DNA of 64,000 nt from Candidatus Micrarchaeota archaeon (GTDB taxonomy: Archaea; Micrarchaeota; Micrarchaeia; Norongarragalinales; SBBD01): the NCBI GenBank assembly GCA_018819225.1, contig JAHJQN010000004.1:224001-288000 (forward strand), written 5' to 3'. Each line of letters begins with the position of its first letter. The stretch's first letter is position 1. A program made the position numbers and the translations under genes. A model generated the notes under the pieces. It did no database searches. It worked only from the letters and a program-made list of their open reading frames with translations, and was not told the origin of the DNA. This document shows positions 18,868-31,000 of this stretch, in pieces.

Positions 18868-18980
18868 TTTACGGGGGTAGAGGCGACCCGCGTAGGGGGT
18901 GGAACCCCCTGGAGGGGTCCGCAGATATCATGCGCATCCGCATTCCTGATAGCGTCCACGTCGAAATGTTGCTTAACTGA
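18811..18980 (+). repeat. 57-bp direct repeat of the rps10 3' end (18811-18867 and 18924-18980) flanking a 56-bp GC-rich palindromic spacer
   Basis: 42-bp identical core ATCATGCGCATCCGCATTCCTGATAGCGTCCACGTCGAAATG; both copies encode DIMRIRIPDSVHVEMLLN-stop. Confidence 0.95.
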
Positions 18981-19010
18981 TTCCGCTCAACGAATACGCT
19001 TTTCAACGAA

Positions 19011-19547
19011 CTACTTCTTTTCGTTCATCAGCTTCTGGACGACATCATCCGACGTCGTGAAGCGGGCAAACTTTTCAGACTCCTTGACCTCCACGGCTTT
19101 CTTTCCCGCTTTTTTCTCGGGAGTCCTCGAGAAATAGAAGAGCAACGTTGCCGCGGAAACGGAGAACAATAGGAGTGAAAGCGTGAGGTTCAACTGGGCT
19201 TTCGAGCCCATTCCTAACGGTTCCTCCTCCTCACCCAAAATGTCATTTAACTGGGATTGCGCCTCCACGAGCTTGTCATACGCTTCCTGCTGTCGTCCCT
19301 GCGCTTTCAATAGTTTCGCGTGCGCCAGCAACACCTCCACTTCCGTTATTTGCTCGCCGCTATCTTTTGCCGCGCGTATAGCGGATTCGACTTCCACTTG
19401 CGTTTCCTGAAGCTCTTCAGCAGTCAACGCCCCCGTCAATGAAAGGCGACCTCCTCCAGGAGTTGCAATATACGCGTCATAGATCAAATAGAGTCCTGCA
19501 AATGAGGAGAGGAAGAAGAATATCAGCACGACGCTTTTGACGTTCAT
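19011..19547 (-). CDS. Hypothetical membrane protein (N-terminal TM, helical module, C-terminal TM, basic tail)
   Basis: Two hydrophobic segments around SAIRAAKDSGEQITEVEVLLAHAKLLKAQGRQQEA. Confidence 0.75.
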   Translation of the reverse strand: MNVKSVVLIFFFLSSFAGLYLIYDAYIATPGGGRLSLTGALTAEELQETQVEVESAIRAAKDSGEQITEVEVLLAHAKLLKAQGRQQEAYDKLVEAQSQLNDILGEEEEPLGMGSKAQLNLTLSLLLFSVSAATLLFYFSRTPEKKAGKKAVEVKESEKFARFTTSDDVVQKLMNEKK

Positions 19548-19551
19548 GGCC

Positions 19552-20169
19552 TTACCCGCACTCGAGTGTTGAAATCATGTAGTCGGCTAGCTCCAAATCA
19601 GGGGCCAGCGGTTCAGAGATCGCTGCCGTGAACACGATCCAGTAGCTCGGGCACTCGTAAAACGCCTCTCTAACGAAAATAGTCTGGCCATCTACTGCTA
19701 GCTCGTCGTTTTCAATGGTAGTCATGTAGAGTTTGCGGCCGCGCTGTTCATATTCCGTCAATACGACGCCTTCACTTGTTGCTGACGCGCGAATCAATTG
19801 AGGAGTGAGTTCGTCTGGTCTCAAAATGCGTAGATCCATGATCTCGGATGAAAACGGGGGATAGAATGCCGCAATTCGCAAACGAATCGTGAATGCGGGT
19901 TCTAATTGAATGGAATACCCAACGGGATAACGAATGCGGTACCCGTAATCAGGATCGTAATAGGAAATGGTTTTTGATGCATATTTTTCATCCAGTTTCG
20001 GTAATTGTTCCAAACGCATCTCCTGAACAGACTCTGTGGCAACCGGAATGCGCTCCACCAGTTGTTGAGGAGCAGTATAAAGAGAGTAAGCAAAATAACC
20101 AAACACAATAACCAACACAACCACTAGGAATACGTTCAAGAACGCTGAGGTTTTATGTTTCAAAGGCAT
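19552..20169 (-). CDS. Hypothetical membrane-anchored protein, PsbP/Mog1-like fold possible
   Basis: N-terminal TM; YYDPDYGYRIRYPVGY start and YMISTLE end resemble PsbP-like domains. Confidence 0.6.
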   Translation of the reverse strand: MPLKHKTSAFLNVFLVVVLVIVFGYFAYSLYTAPQQLVERIPVATESVQEMRLEQLPKLDEKYASKTISYYDPDYGYRIRYPVGYSIQLEPAFTIRLRIAAFYPPFSSEIMDLRILRPDELTPQLIRASATSEGVVLTEYEQRGRKLYMTTIENDELAVDGQTIFVREAFYECPSYWIVFTAAISEPLAPDLELADYMISTLECG

Positions 20170-20217
20170 TTATGGATCCCTTATCGAAAAGTCATAATGT
20201 AATTGTTGGTAATAAAA

Positions 20218-20493
20218 CTATCTTCTCACTTCAAACGAAGAAAAAGAACCCGTTGGTTCTGAATACGTCACGGAAGCATCTTGGACGTGCACGTAACCAT
20301 CTTGAATCTTAATCGCATCAACTAAATGCTTCAAAGCGTTTTCCTCTCCCTCCGCTTGGATTTCCACACGGCCGTCAGACAAATTCCTTACAAAACCTGC
20401 TACTGGAAAACGAGCTGCAATGCGTAAAACAGAATAACGATATCCAACTCCTTGAACGCTCCCCGAAACAATAACATGAACCGCTTTATTCAT
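20218..20493 (-). CDS. acyP: Acylphosphatase
   Basis: VSGSVQGVGYR, GFVRNLSDGRVEIQAEG, FSSFEVR. Confidence 0.95.
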   Translation of the reverse strand: MNKAVHVIVSGSVQGVGYRYSVLRIAARFPVAGFVRNLSDGRVEIQAEGEENALKHLVDAIKIQDGYVHVQDASVTYSEPTGSFSSFEVRR

Positions 20494-20504
20494 TTTCTCA
20501 CGCG

Positions 20505-21308
20505 TTACTCATGATGAACAGGGGGCATATGTTGTTGTAATAACCGCATTAATTCTTCATTCACTCCTCTTTGAATGCGCGCGGTCCCCCTTCCTTGCTG
20601 ACGAGCCTCCTGACTTGCCGCTAAATTTCCGATTTCATGCTGAGCCGTGTTCAATTGCTCTAACATTCTTTTAAGTACTCGATTGCGTTTATAAACTTCT
20701 AAAAACGATTGACCCATCTCGACCCCGTGATTATTGATTATCGATCGTACGTTACGACGAACAGTAAAGAAATTGGTTTTACCCACAAAGGCGTTAACGA
20801 GATACGATTGGTTCTGGTGAGCACGACTTCTTACGGGACCCAAATCCGCTTGAACCGCTGCCTTGAACAAATCAGGATTTCTACGCAAATTTCCAGCGAT
20901 TTCCGAATACTTGTCCACGATGCGCTGAACTTCCGTTAATTGGGTTCCTCGAAGTCCATGAAGTGCGCGTTGAAATTCAGCTGCGCGGGAAGCAAAATAC
21001 TCGTAATCGCCTGCCGCCATTCGACTCGCCTCATTCACGTGATGCTCAGTACCAAACGTACGACCTAGACCTCGAAACATCTGGTTGTGAAGGGCTTGCC
21101 ACTCTTCATTCGTGCTTGCTATGCTGTGCAAATCATGTTGAATGACGCTTCGGCGACGTCTCCCGAACCCGAAAAGCCTTCCGAGACGGCCAAAAACTCC
21201 CGTACGCGATTGCGGCACCTCCATTTCTTCCGTGTGCAACTTCAACCGCGTCGGTGGACGCGCCCCTTCTTCAAGGGGGCCATGATACTGGACCCGTGCT
21301 CTAGCCAT
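20505..21308 (-). CDS. Hypothetical Arg/Gln-rich helical protein
   Basis: 267-aa ORF, 10 nt downstream of the previous gene, AAGTGAT SD-like site. Confidence 0.7.
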   Translation of the reverse strand: MARARVQYHGPLEEGARPPTRLKLHTEEMEVPQSRTGVFGRLGRLFGFGRRRRSVIQHDLHSIASTNEEWQALHNQMFRGLGRTFGTEHHVNEASRMAAGDYEYFASRAAEFQRALHGLRGTQLTEVQRIVDKYSEIAGNLRRNPDLFKAAVQADLGPVRSRAHQNQSYLVNAFVGKTNFFTVRRNVRSIINNHGVEMGQSFLEVYKRNRVLKRMLEQLNTAQHEIGNLAASQEARQQGRGTARIQRGVNEELMRLLQQHMPPVHHE

Positions 21309-21318
21309 ATCGAATCAC

Positions 21319-22002
21319 TTACGGAGCGGCCCCTCCTCCTGCAGGCGGAATTCTTCTAGAGCGTAGCTTCCGCATCCTTGAATCGCTTTGTTGGGCATAT
21401 GCGCGAAGTAAATCCAAAGCTTCTCGAGCAGCATGCCTTCTTGGAATTTCTGCGTTAATGCTTCGAGCCAGCAAATCAGGATTCTCAGTTAAAAATTTCT
21501 CTACCGTATGTCCGGAATATTCTTCACTTCGACCCGAATCCACCAATCGTTTAGCAATGGCATTGGCTCGGCTAGTAAATACCTGCTGAAAATGGCTATA
21601 ACGAGTGGCCGGCAAACGTCGACTCACCATGACCTCGTGAAGTGCAGCTAAAGTTTCTCTACGCGGATCGCCGTGTCGAAGCTCATCACGCATACTCTCA
21701 ATAGTCATATGATCTCCCGCCACCCATGCACGCAGGACGTCCATGGTACGCCGCGTTTTTATCATATCTCGACGCGATCCAAAAACAGTTTCAACAACGG
21801 GCTCCAGATTCATAGCTGGTTCTCGAGCAATTTTCTGAAGGACCGGTAATATCTGAGATTGATGCACAGTTGGATCCGTATTCAATAACTCTCTTGCTTC
21901 TTTAAAGGGATAAAGTGCTCTCCGTTTACCTCGTGCGCTTAGTTCTCCTTCCCGAGAGATCATTCGTTCACGCATTTGTTTCGGACCGGAAGGGGTCGCC
22001 AT
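21319..22002 (-). CDS. Hypothetical Arg-rich helical protein
   Basis: 227-aa ORF, 11 nt downstream of the giant gene, GAGGTGA SD overlapping that gene's stop. Confidence 0.7.
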   Translation of the reverse strand: MATPSGPKQMRERMISREGELSARGKRRALYPFKEARELLNTDPTVHQSQILPVLQKIAREPAMNLEPVVETVFGSRRDMIKTRRTMDVLRAWVAGDHMTIESMRDELRHGDPRRETLAALHEVMVSRRLPATRYSHFQQVFTSRANAIAKRLVDSGRSEEYSGHTVEKFLTENPDLLARSINAEIPRRHAAREALDLLRAYAQQSDSRMRKLRSRRIPPAGGGAAP

Positions 22003-22013
22003 TCTACTTCACC

Positions 22014-25000
22014 TCATGGTTCAATGGGAACTCCTGCGGATTGTCGCAGGGTGTTCAATGCTTCAGGATACTTCGTATCATCAAACTGTTTTTGCGCCAC
22101 AGGAATCGCGTCTTCCACAGCCTGCGGGCATCCATCGTTGATACACCATTCGCGGAAACGCTTTAATAAAGCCTCCACTGCCTCTTTCGGCGATGCTGGA
22201 ACCAAAGTCACTGCGTTCGTAACCGTTGCACCCGTGACCGTCGTGAAAACAGGTGAACGGAAGTCCAGTGGATCCGAGTAAGAATGAACAAGAGAAGGAT
22301 CGGGAACAAACGAAGAGGCAACAGGAACATTAGGATCAAACATCGACGTAATGAAATAATCAGGGGACACTCCTTTGTTGAAAGAGGTCACTAAATTGTA
22401 TTGAGGAATTCCGGCCAAAACCGTTCCTTCAGTAAGATAAAGGCACGCGTGTTCGGAATCCGGACACAATTCTTCCGTGTCCACCCGGTTCGCGCATTCA
22501 TTCAAATCCTTTTCATTGCGGAAACAGTATTCTTTCATGGAAGCGGCTTGGCCTTCCTCATTATGGTATACGACGAGATGGTTCCCGAAACGGTAATCCA
22601 ATTCAGCGCGCACGGGACGCACTTCCGTGTAAAACAGCAAGGGCGCAACCAGTGATCCTATCAAGCTGATACCCCGGAAACTTTTCTTTGTAAACGACGA
22701 CTCCTTAACTGCGTTCCCAACGGAGCGGAAACGTCCGGAGCGGGAACGAACCGCATCGAAATCATCGGCAAGCGTTTTGGATGCTTGTTCAACGGCATCG
22801 TCGAATTTAGTCAGGGTTCTAGCTTTCGTGGCGCGATCGCGTACGTGCTCAATGATTGCGCGTTCTTCCGTATTTGTCAATGCGCCACCCAAAGCATTCC
22901 GCAGTTTACCGTTCAATGAAGTGCGAACAAATCTGCCACTTCCGCCTTTGATTTCATTGACGGCCACTTCATCGTAATTGCGCAATACGTTTGCAAGTTC
23001 GTCGGGGGTGAGAATGCGTCTGAAATCGAGGTCAATAGGTCCTGCAGTTTGAGAATATAATTTCCATAATTCATCCGACACCGCTGACGGTCGGGCATCG
23101 CTCCTAAGGAAAGCAGATAACGTTTCCGATTTTCCATATAAATTATAATTTGGAGGCAGACGATTATTAATTAATTCATCCACTACTTTTTCTCGTATAT
23201 TTGGATCCCTATCAAGGGCGGTGAATAAACTTCTAATCTTGGTATTGAATTGATCTTGCGTCGGGGCTATTGTCCGAGATACGTCGGTGAGTTCATTATA
23301 GAGCGTCGTACGAGTTCCGGGTGCGGTAAGATCCACCCAGGCATTCATTCGCGCCCGTCCGTCCGCTCCAGAAAGGAGTTGAGTGAAATCATTGACGCTG
23401 CTTCTTGGCACAAGAGCAGTTTCTCCCGGGGTATGAATCAAGTTGACGAGCGCACGAGAAATCGTTGAGGAACTAATCGTGCCGCCGGCTGTTTGGGTAT
23501 AACGAGTGACCAAAGCGTCCGCGAATTCAAGCGACATGCCTTGGTGCATGAAGTAATCGGTCATAAACGCTCGGCTGCCGAACGGACGGAATACTTTGGA
23601 AGCGCCCGCCACAATGGGAACCGTAGCAGGAGTAATACCTGGTGCGAACTCGCTATCTAGGACCGTATTCGAGCCTCCGAGAATGGCACTTAATGCACCA
23701 GTAACCGCCAAATTACCGATCAATTCATTACCTCCTCGACGTGCCACCTGACTGGCAAATGTACTAGAGAGTAAGCCGCTGGCTCCAGTTATTGAATTGA
23801 CTCCAGGAACAGCACCGGTTGGAAGAACCAAGTTAAGATAGAAATCAGTTAGAGCAAATGTTTGGAACGAAATACATGCATTGATTCCTTCGCATATTCC
23901 GACGCGTGAAGGCGCAAGGGAATCAACGGCAATGGATGCGGTACAACCCGTGATTCCGGTAACCAAGCTGTAAACGCCCTGCGCAAGACGAGGGGCGAAT
24001 ACGGGAGCGGCAAAAATGCTTCCGACAATTGCGACTAATGCGCCCGGAGCACCAGCTAATAATAATGCACCGGTTGCTTTTCCTCCGTTTTCAATGCAGG
24101 CACCCGTATCTTCGAATGGAACCGCCTGTGATAAGGGGTAATCGTTGTATCCGTAAAGGGTGTTCAACAGCAAATCGGCGTGCCGTTCATCATCCGCGCT
24201 GGGCGCTTCGCGGTATGGACCAATAGAGAATATGCGGAATTTTTCAAAAAATCCAGTATCCCCTTCCCGTTTCTTATTGGTCCAAATAATGTGCGGATTC
24301 GGTTCTCTTCCAATGATGACTTCCGGCGTGTCCGCGGTCAACAGGTTCGTGTTGTACAATTTTTCCTCGCATGCAAGAAAACGAGTTGGAGAAGGCAAAG
24401 AGCTGTCCACATGCATTTCAATGAATGAAGATTTCAACCACTCCTCCTTATTAGGTCGTAGCTCACATAGACCCAGGCGCGCAGTTGCAATGTAAATACC
24501 GCATTGATCGGCAGTACCCGTTGCAGTATATTTGATTGATTTCTTGCCGCCGACAAAACCGAATTCACCTAAACCTTCTTGGAAAGCGGTTTGAAGATCG
24601 TTCAAATTGATTTTCGTGTTCGCCATTTGAACGACAACGCTTTTACGGTAATCGCGGTTGAATGCGCGAACAACGGGATCGGATGGATTGCAGAACTTAT
24701 TGAGCTCTTCATTGAATTTTTCGTCTTCTTGTGTATAGAAGGTTGTTATGAGTTGAGCCACTTGTGCTCCGAATCCCTTGAAAGCTGCTTTCGCCTCATC
24801 TGCAGTGCAGAAGTTTGTGGAACAGGGTATGACCGCGTCAGCCACTCGAATAATCCCTGACGGAACAACAGAAACTGGAGTGGTTGGAGCACTTGCAGGC
24901 GGAACAGATGGTGCAGAATGTGCCGGCACTGCTGGTGCGGGTGTTCCCGGGGGCACACCACTCGCAGGCGTTAATGATGGAGGCATAGCGGGTGGATCGC

Positions 25001-28000
25001 GGAGTATAAGATCCCCAAGCGGTGTGCCGGAAAAGAGGTTTTTCATAGCAGGGTTCGCGGGATCGATTTCATACGATTCAACATTTACGAACTTGGAGTC
25101 CGTTTTTCCGTTGATGGATCCTTTGAACTTGATCTCCATGTATCCACTCCACGGGCGCAGAGACTCGCATTCTGAAATATAGCCTTCTCCGGCACGCAAC
25201 GAAGTGGGAATGTCGCATCGTAAGAAACCGGTTCCGTTAGCGGAATAGGTTTGATAGTTAAGCGTCACCGACTCATCGAGATTGTTGGCCATGGAAATCC
25301 ATCGCTTGTGACCCAAATCCTTGAACACCAGTTTTTGGGGCGCCGTGGTTTTCACGTTTTGTTGCGAGCGGTCATAATTTACGTAGAAACCACCCAGCGC
25401 GTCTCGAAGTTGAGCGCGAAGAGAGCCTACGCACGAACCGGTTTTCTCGAAGGTGAGAATCAGTTTAGCGGGAACGAATTGCGCGCCGCTTCCCCGGTAA
25501 TCATAAAATATTTTGACGTCGCCTTCCAAGGGACCGAGTTCATCCAACTTCTCTTGAGGCAACAAACAGCCATCATCATCCGTATACTGTTGAGGTACTT
25601 GAACCGAGAACAAGAATTGCTGCACCTGGCAAGCCGCATCCTCATTCTTATCCTGTTGGGCTTTACCCGCCAGAATCATGTGCGCGCCTTCATCCCAAGC
25701 GCTGGGTTTGCGAATCTTTCGAATCACGCCCTCCAACTCGGAACTAATGGACTCGCCAGAAAGCGCGTTACGGCTTTCCGCAGTCCAGCTCTTCTCGTCC
25801 TCATCACCGGAAATATCCATGTAAACGCTTACTTCCGAAGGAGCGTCATTCAATACGCAGAATCCTTTCTCCACGATTCCTTCCACGTTCGAATCCGTGA
25901 ACTCAAAGGTTTGCTCCTTGGGCTTGATGCGAATGGGCACGAAATTATCGGTAATCATGGCGAAGCCATCCGGATTGCGGGATGGACGCTCGCATAAAAT
26001 CAAGGTAGTCTTCGAATCGGCGGGAACGGAGATCTGCTGGGGTTCGTCCTTCTCTTTCGGAAACGGATTCATGTCAGAGAACCAAATCTCTTTCACTTGA
26101 GGCAATTGATAACTCGTTTCGCCGCGGACATTGATTTGTATTTCGCGGCACCCCTGCAAGTCAACGCGTTTCGTCATGCTATGGATTTCCGTGCTCACCT
26201 CCGGCGCGTCCTCAGGCAATAAGTATACGACGTCATCCGTGAACGTGGCGTGGAACTTGTATTTCTTGTCCGTATCCTGGCAGATGCGCGTCACGAACCG
26301 CGTGTCGACCGGAATGGAGAACGTGACCGCGTCTTCCGTTTCATCCGCTTTTTCGACGTCATCCGCCATCAAACGCATGCCATTGAATTCAAACAAATCA
26401 TTCTCCGCGTTGTCTTCCATTGCGAGCTCCGTGCAAATGCTCAAGCGGTAAGACTGCATGATGTCGCCATTCTTTTCGAACGGTTCCTCAAGGAACTTGT
26501 CGAATGTTTCTTGCGGAACATTCACGTCCACATCATTCGGGAAGTGATGAAAAACAAAGTCAACGCCTTGCAAGCCCGCAAGGTCCTCATCGATCATGAC
26601 GAACGTGATGGGAACATTGCGTTCCACGAACAAATCCTTGTACGGTTCAGCGGCTTGCAATACCGGTCGGAAGGGAAGCTCAACGTTGTAACTGTACGTC
26701 GTAACCGCGTTCTTGACCACGCGGGCGTTCACCGGAAAGTGCAAGACGACATCCTGCGGGAACGTGACCGTAAAGCGGTCCTCCCCGAAGCGTTGTTCCT
26801 CTTCCTGTAACATGCTGTAATCGAATACGATGGACACGGATGGCGGTACTTTGAGGTCGCGGCGTTCGCCGAATTCCTCATCTTCAATCGAAGCGCCTTT
26901 GACGAGCATGCGTTGGTTGGACGGGAATTCTAACAGATGGCGGTCATCCTTTACGCTATAGCGCGCGTTGACGTTGAACGGCAACGTCATGTCGAAACCG
27001 ACTGGCAAGCGCTTTTCATTACCCGTCATGCCAAAGTCAGGGCGACCGAAAATAATTTGAGTGAGAGGCATGACTTCGACCGTCCGGGAACCGTCCGGCG
27101 CTTTCAAGCCCGCACGAGCGACTCCGTTCAAGAAACTCATTTCCAGGTAATCCGTGGAAATGCTTTTCGCGCGCACGCCATCCGGAGCAATATTCAAGGA
27201 TACTTCAGGGCCGTCGCGTACCAAGAATAGGACGCGGAAAGGCAGGCTCAGAACGATCTCGCCGTTATAGGTTCGTAATGCGAACGGCGATGGAATGCGC
27301 AAGGCACTACCGGCTGGAATCGTGACGCGTTTGAAATCACGCGCGTCCATTGAAATAATGGCATCGGAAGGCAACGAAATCGTGTTTCCGCTTTGGAATT
27401 GAAGGGCTTTTCCTCCGCTAAAACTGTCTTTCTTGACGCGAATGAATTCCTCGATGATGAACGTGGCTTCAACGGGGAACTCGACTTCTAAAGCGTCTTG
27501 AGAGGAAATGATGGGCGTCAACGAAATCTGAATGGGTTGGTGCGCGTTGACGCGGACGCGGCGTTCTTCACCCGAATAGGGGCGATATTGAGTGGAACTC
27601 GTCGGGTACTTGATGTCGAAATCGTTGATGGAAGCCGTTTCAAAAGCCCCTTCGCGAGCAAACTCGGTTTCCGTTGGGAAATCGAGGTATACGACGACGG
27701 GCAAGCGGAGTTCCCAACCGTATTGCATGAAGTTGCGCTGGTAAGGCGATAGGTAACTACGGTACGTATTGTAACCTTGCACGGGAATGCGTCGCGCATA
27801 GCGGGCGGGAACTTCAAAGAAAGCGCCGGAAGGAATGACGGCCACTAGACTGCCGCCTCCTTGCTCGATGGAAAACGTGAAGGTGCTCGAGTAAGGCGAG
27901 GATTGTTGCAAATCGTTGAGATCTCCCACGCGAACGTCTGCATCAAACAGCATGGTGTCCCCGCTCGGAAGCTCAATGAAAGTCGAGCCATCCGGATTAG

Positions 28001-31000
28001 TATGCGTAAGCGTATTGGGAGGCAATTGCAAGACGATTTGCATGGGAAGCGATATGCGCACGCCTCCACTCACGCTTTTCACTTCGGGTTCGACGGCTTG
28101 GCAAGTGTGATCAATGGCGGCCTCGCTTTCTCCGCATTCGAGGAACTCGCACACTCCCGAAGAACAGATTTCATCATTGGAACATTCATCATCGGCAACA
28201 CAGCCGGGTTCAGGGGTCGGAGTGAACGTGACTCCTGCCGGATAGATTTCCACGCGAGTGGAAAGGCAAGCGAGATTGCCGGCTTGTGCGCGAACCTCGT
28301 AACGACCCTTCGAACTGTAGTAACAGGAGGCCGTGCAGCTACCCGTGGTTCCCGTGCAACTCACGGCATTGGATGTGCGGCCGTTACCGCAATTTACGAC
28401 AACGACGTTTGGGGCGCGATTCAAGTCATAATAGTCAACAGTAATGGTACTCGTCCCTTCTTCCTCAATGCGGTTCGGATCCGCATTTAATGCACAAGTG
28501 GGTACTAACGGAGTGGGAACCGGAGTCGGCGTCACGAATTCCGTTGGTTCGGGAGTTGACGTCGGATCCTCATCGCCCGCATGCACGTCCCTGCAATTTT
28601 CGGATGAAGACGCGGTATACGTAAGTCCGACGCGCTTGCGGGACGTGATTCCGAGCGTGCTCGCGTAAAGCGTTAATGTACCGTCGCGTTCATCGTCCTC
28701 TAGATCGCACGGATCCACGGGATACGCGCGCGCCACCACCTTAAATTCCGCTGAATCCCCTGCGGCAATGGTTTGCGAAAGCGGTTCCATGTATACGTTG
28801 GAGAGCGTGCTCTGGTAATTGATGAGAATGGGATAATCGGCGTCGTTGGTAACGACCATGGTTTGCGTGTCACGGGGTTCGCGAGGCGGTTTCAAGGTAA
28901 ACTGCAGGGAATCAGCTGAAGCAGACCACAACGCCTCCAAGTCCTGTTGGGTAAACGAAGAGGCGATCGTGAACGGAACGGATTCCTCTTGGTCGTAGCT
29001 GCCCAAGCGAGCTCGTACGAGGAGGCGGCCGGAAACGGTTTCGGATAGAGTGTTCGCACGAGCTGCAACGGGCAAAATAGTATCGAGAATGCGGGCTCGC
29101 AAATTGATGGATTGGGTATCGCGCGCTTTCAAACGGAAGGAGGAAAGGTCGACGGATACGTCCGTATACTGGGGGTTGCGTCCAAACTGCATTTGAACGG
29201 AAACGCGTACTTCATTATCCAATAGGTTAGTGACGCTGAAACCTTGTTCTTGATTGTCGGTCGAATCAACGGTTAATGACAAGGTTTCCCCTTCCACGGA
29301 AATGAGTTCATCGCCAGTGACGCGCAGGAAACCGCGTTTGACCTTAAAGCCTTCGGCCTCGACCTGGTAGGTGACGGTCCCGATCGCGACGGGGTGAATG
29401 CCTTCCACGCGGTACTGGGCACTGCCATCCCGACCCTCGGAAAAAACGCCTTCAATGATGGCGCCGCGGAGGGCATCATTCCCGTTTCCAACGGATACGT
29501 AGGCATGAGAAACCGGCAGCCCCAATGAATCTTCGACGGCAAACGTCACCATGTTGTCTTGAAGTGCTTGCAATGAAGACGGACGATTCGTCACTTTGAG
29601 ATCGGGTTTGGTGCCGACCACGCGGACGTACAGCGAACGAGTGATCACGGTTTCCGCGTTGCGTACTTGAAGCTGCAATGCCACGTCATTCGAGAGACGC
29701 TGGGCTTGAATCAAGAACTGGCCTTCCGCATTGTCTTCAGAAGTCGTAATAGTGATCAGTTCCTGATCGCCTGCGGAACGCGCCACCGCGCGACTTCCAC
29801 CGGATGAACCTTCCGTTAACGTGATCGATTCGTCGAGAGCAGATGAAGAAAGCTCGACCACGGTTCCTCTTGGAGCCGCTACGTGGAATTGAAGCGAAAA
29901 GGTTTCGCGAATTTCCGCCTCATAATTATCCAAAGCGCGCCCATTTTGTCCTTCGAAGAAGTAATCCAAACAAAGATCGTCTTCACATAATCCACCAAAT
30001 GAAATGGGTGCGGTAATCGTTTTCATGTTCGCGAGAATGGAAGATGTCGAAGCGGTTTCGTCGAGGGGATCGCGAAGGGTTTCGCGCGCGGTGTCGAAAG
30101 CCGAACGGTATTGCAACATAGCCGTTCCATCGGAAACCGCTTTGGTTCGCACAAACACCGCGATTTCCTTCGTGCCTTCAAACGGTTGGAACGTGAAATG
30201 AACGTATTTATACGCGGGCTGGAATTCCGGATCCGCGAACTCCAATTCCTCCGCAGGCGTCGGGGAAGGCGTTTCCGTAGGGACATCCGTAACGATAACG
30301 GGGGACAAATCGTATAACGTTCCTTTTGTGACGAAAGCCGTGCCGGCTTCGTAACCAACGATTTCAACGAGCTCGTTATCCAGCGAAGAATCCGCTGAAC
30401 CGACGCGCACGTGAACTTCAGCCCTTGAAACGTCGACATTGGGGCGAGTCAACAAGAATTTGGCTTTGTAAACCGTTGAAGGCGATAACGAAGAGGCTTT
30501 GTTGCTCTTCAAATCATACAATCCCTGGAAAACGATTTGCGATCCTCGGGCGCCGGAAGGCAGCAGTTCAAACGAATCCCGATTCGTGATCCCGGGAATG
30601 ACTTCAAATTCAGACGATAGCAAGGTTTCATACCCTTCCAGGGAAACGCGAGCAACATAAAACCCTTCCAAGATATCCACCGCGCATTTACCGCGTTCCG
30701 TGACGCACGAATCCTCTTTAATAAACGTTCCGCCGGAAAACGATAATTCAACGAGGGCACCATCCAGAGATTGATTCGTAAAGTAATCATAAACGGAGAC
30801 GACGAGCTTGGCTTTTCCGGGCTGCAAGATCACTTCAATCAAGTTGACTTCAGGTTCTTCCCCGGTTCCGTCAATCGAAATCAATTCCGGATTACTTTTT
30901 CCTTCCCGGCCCGCGAAACTGGCTTTGACAAAAATGCGTTCCAACGGAACATCGGGAAAATCAGCGGATCCATCGGCGGACGTGAACTTTTCGGAGATGC

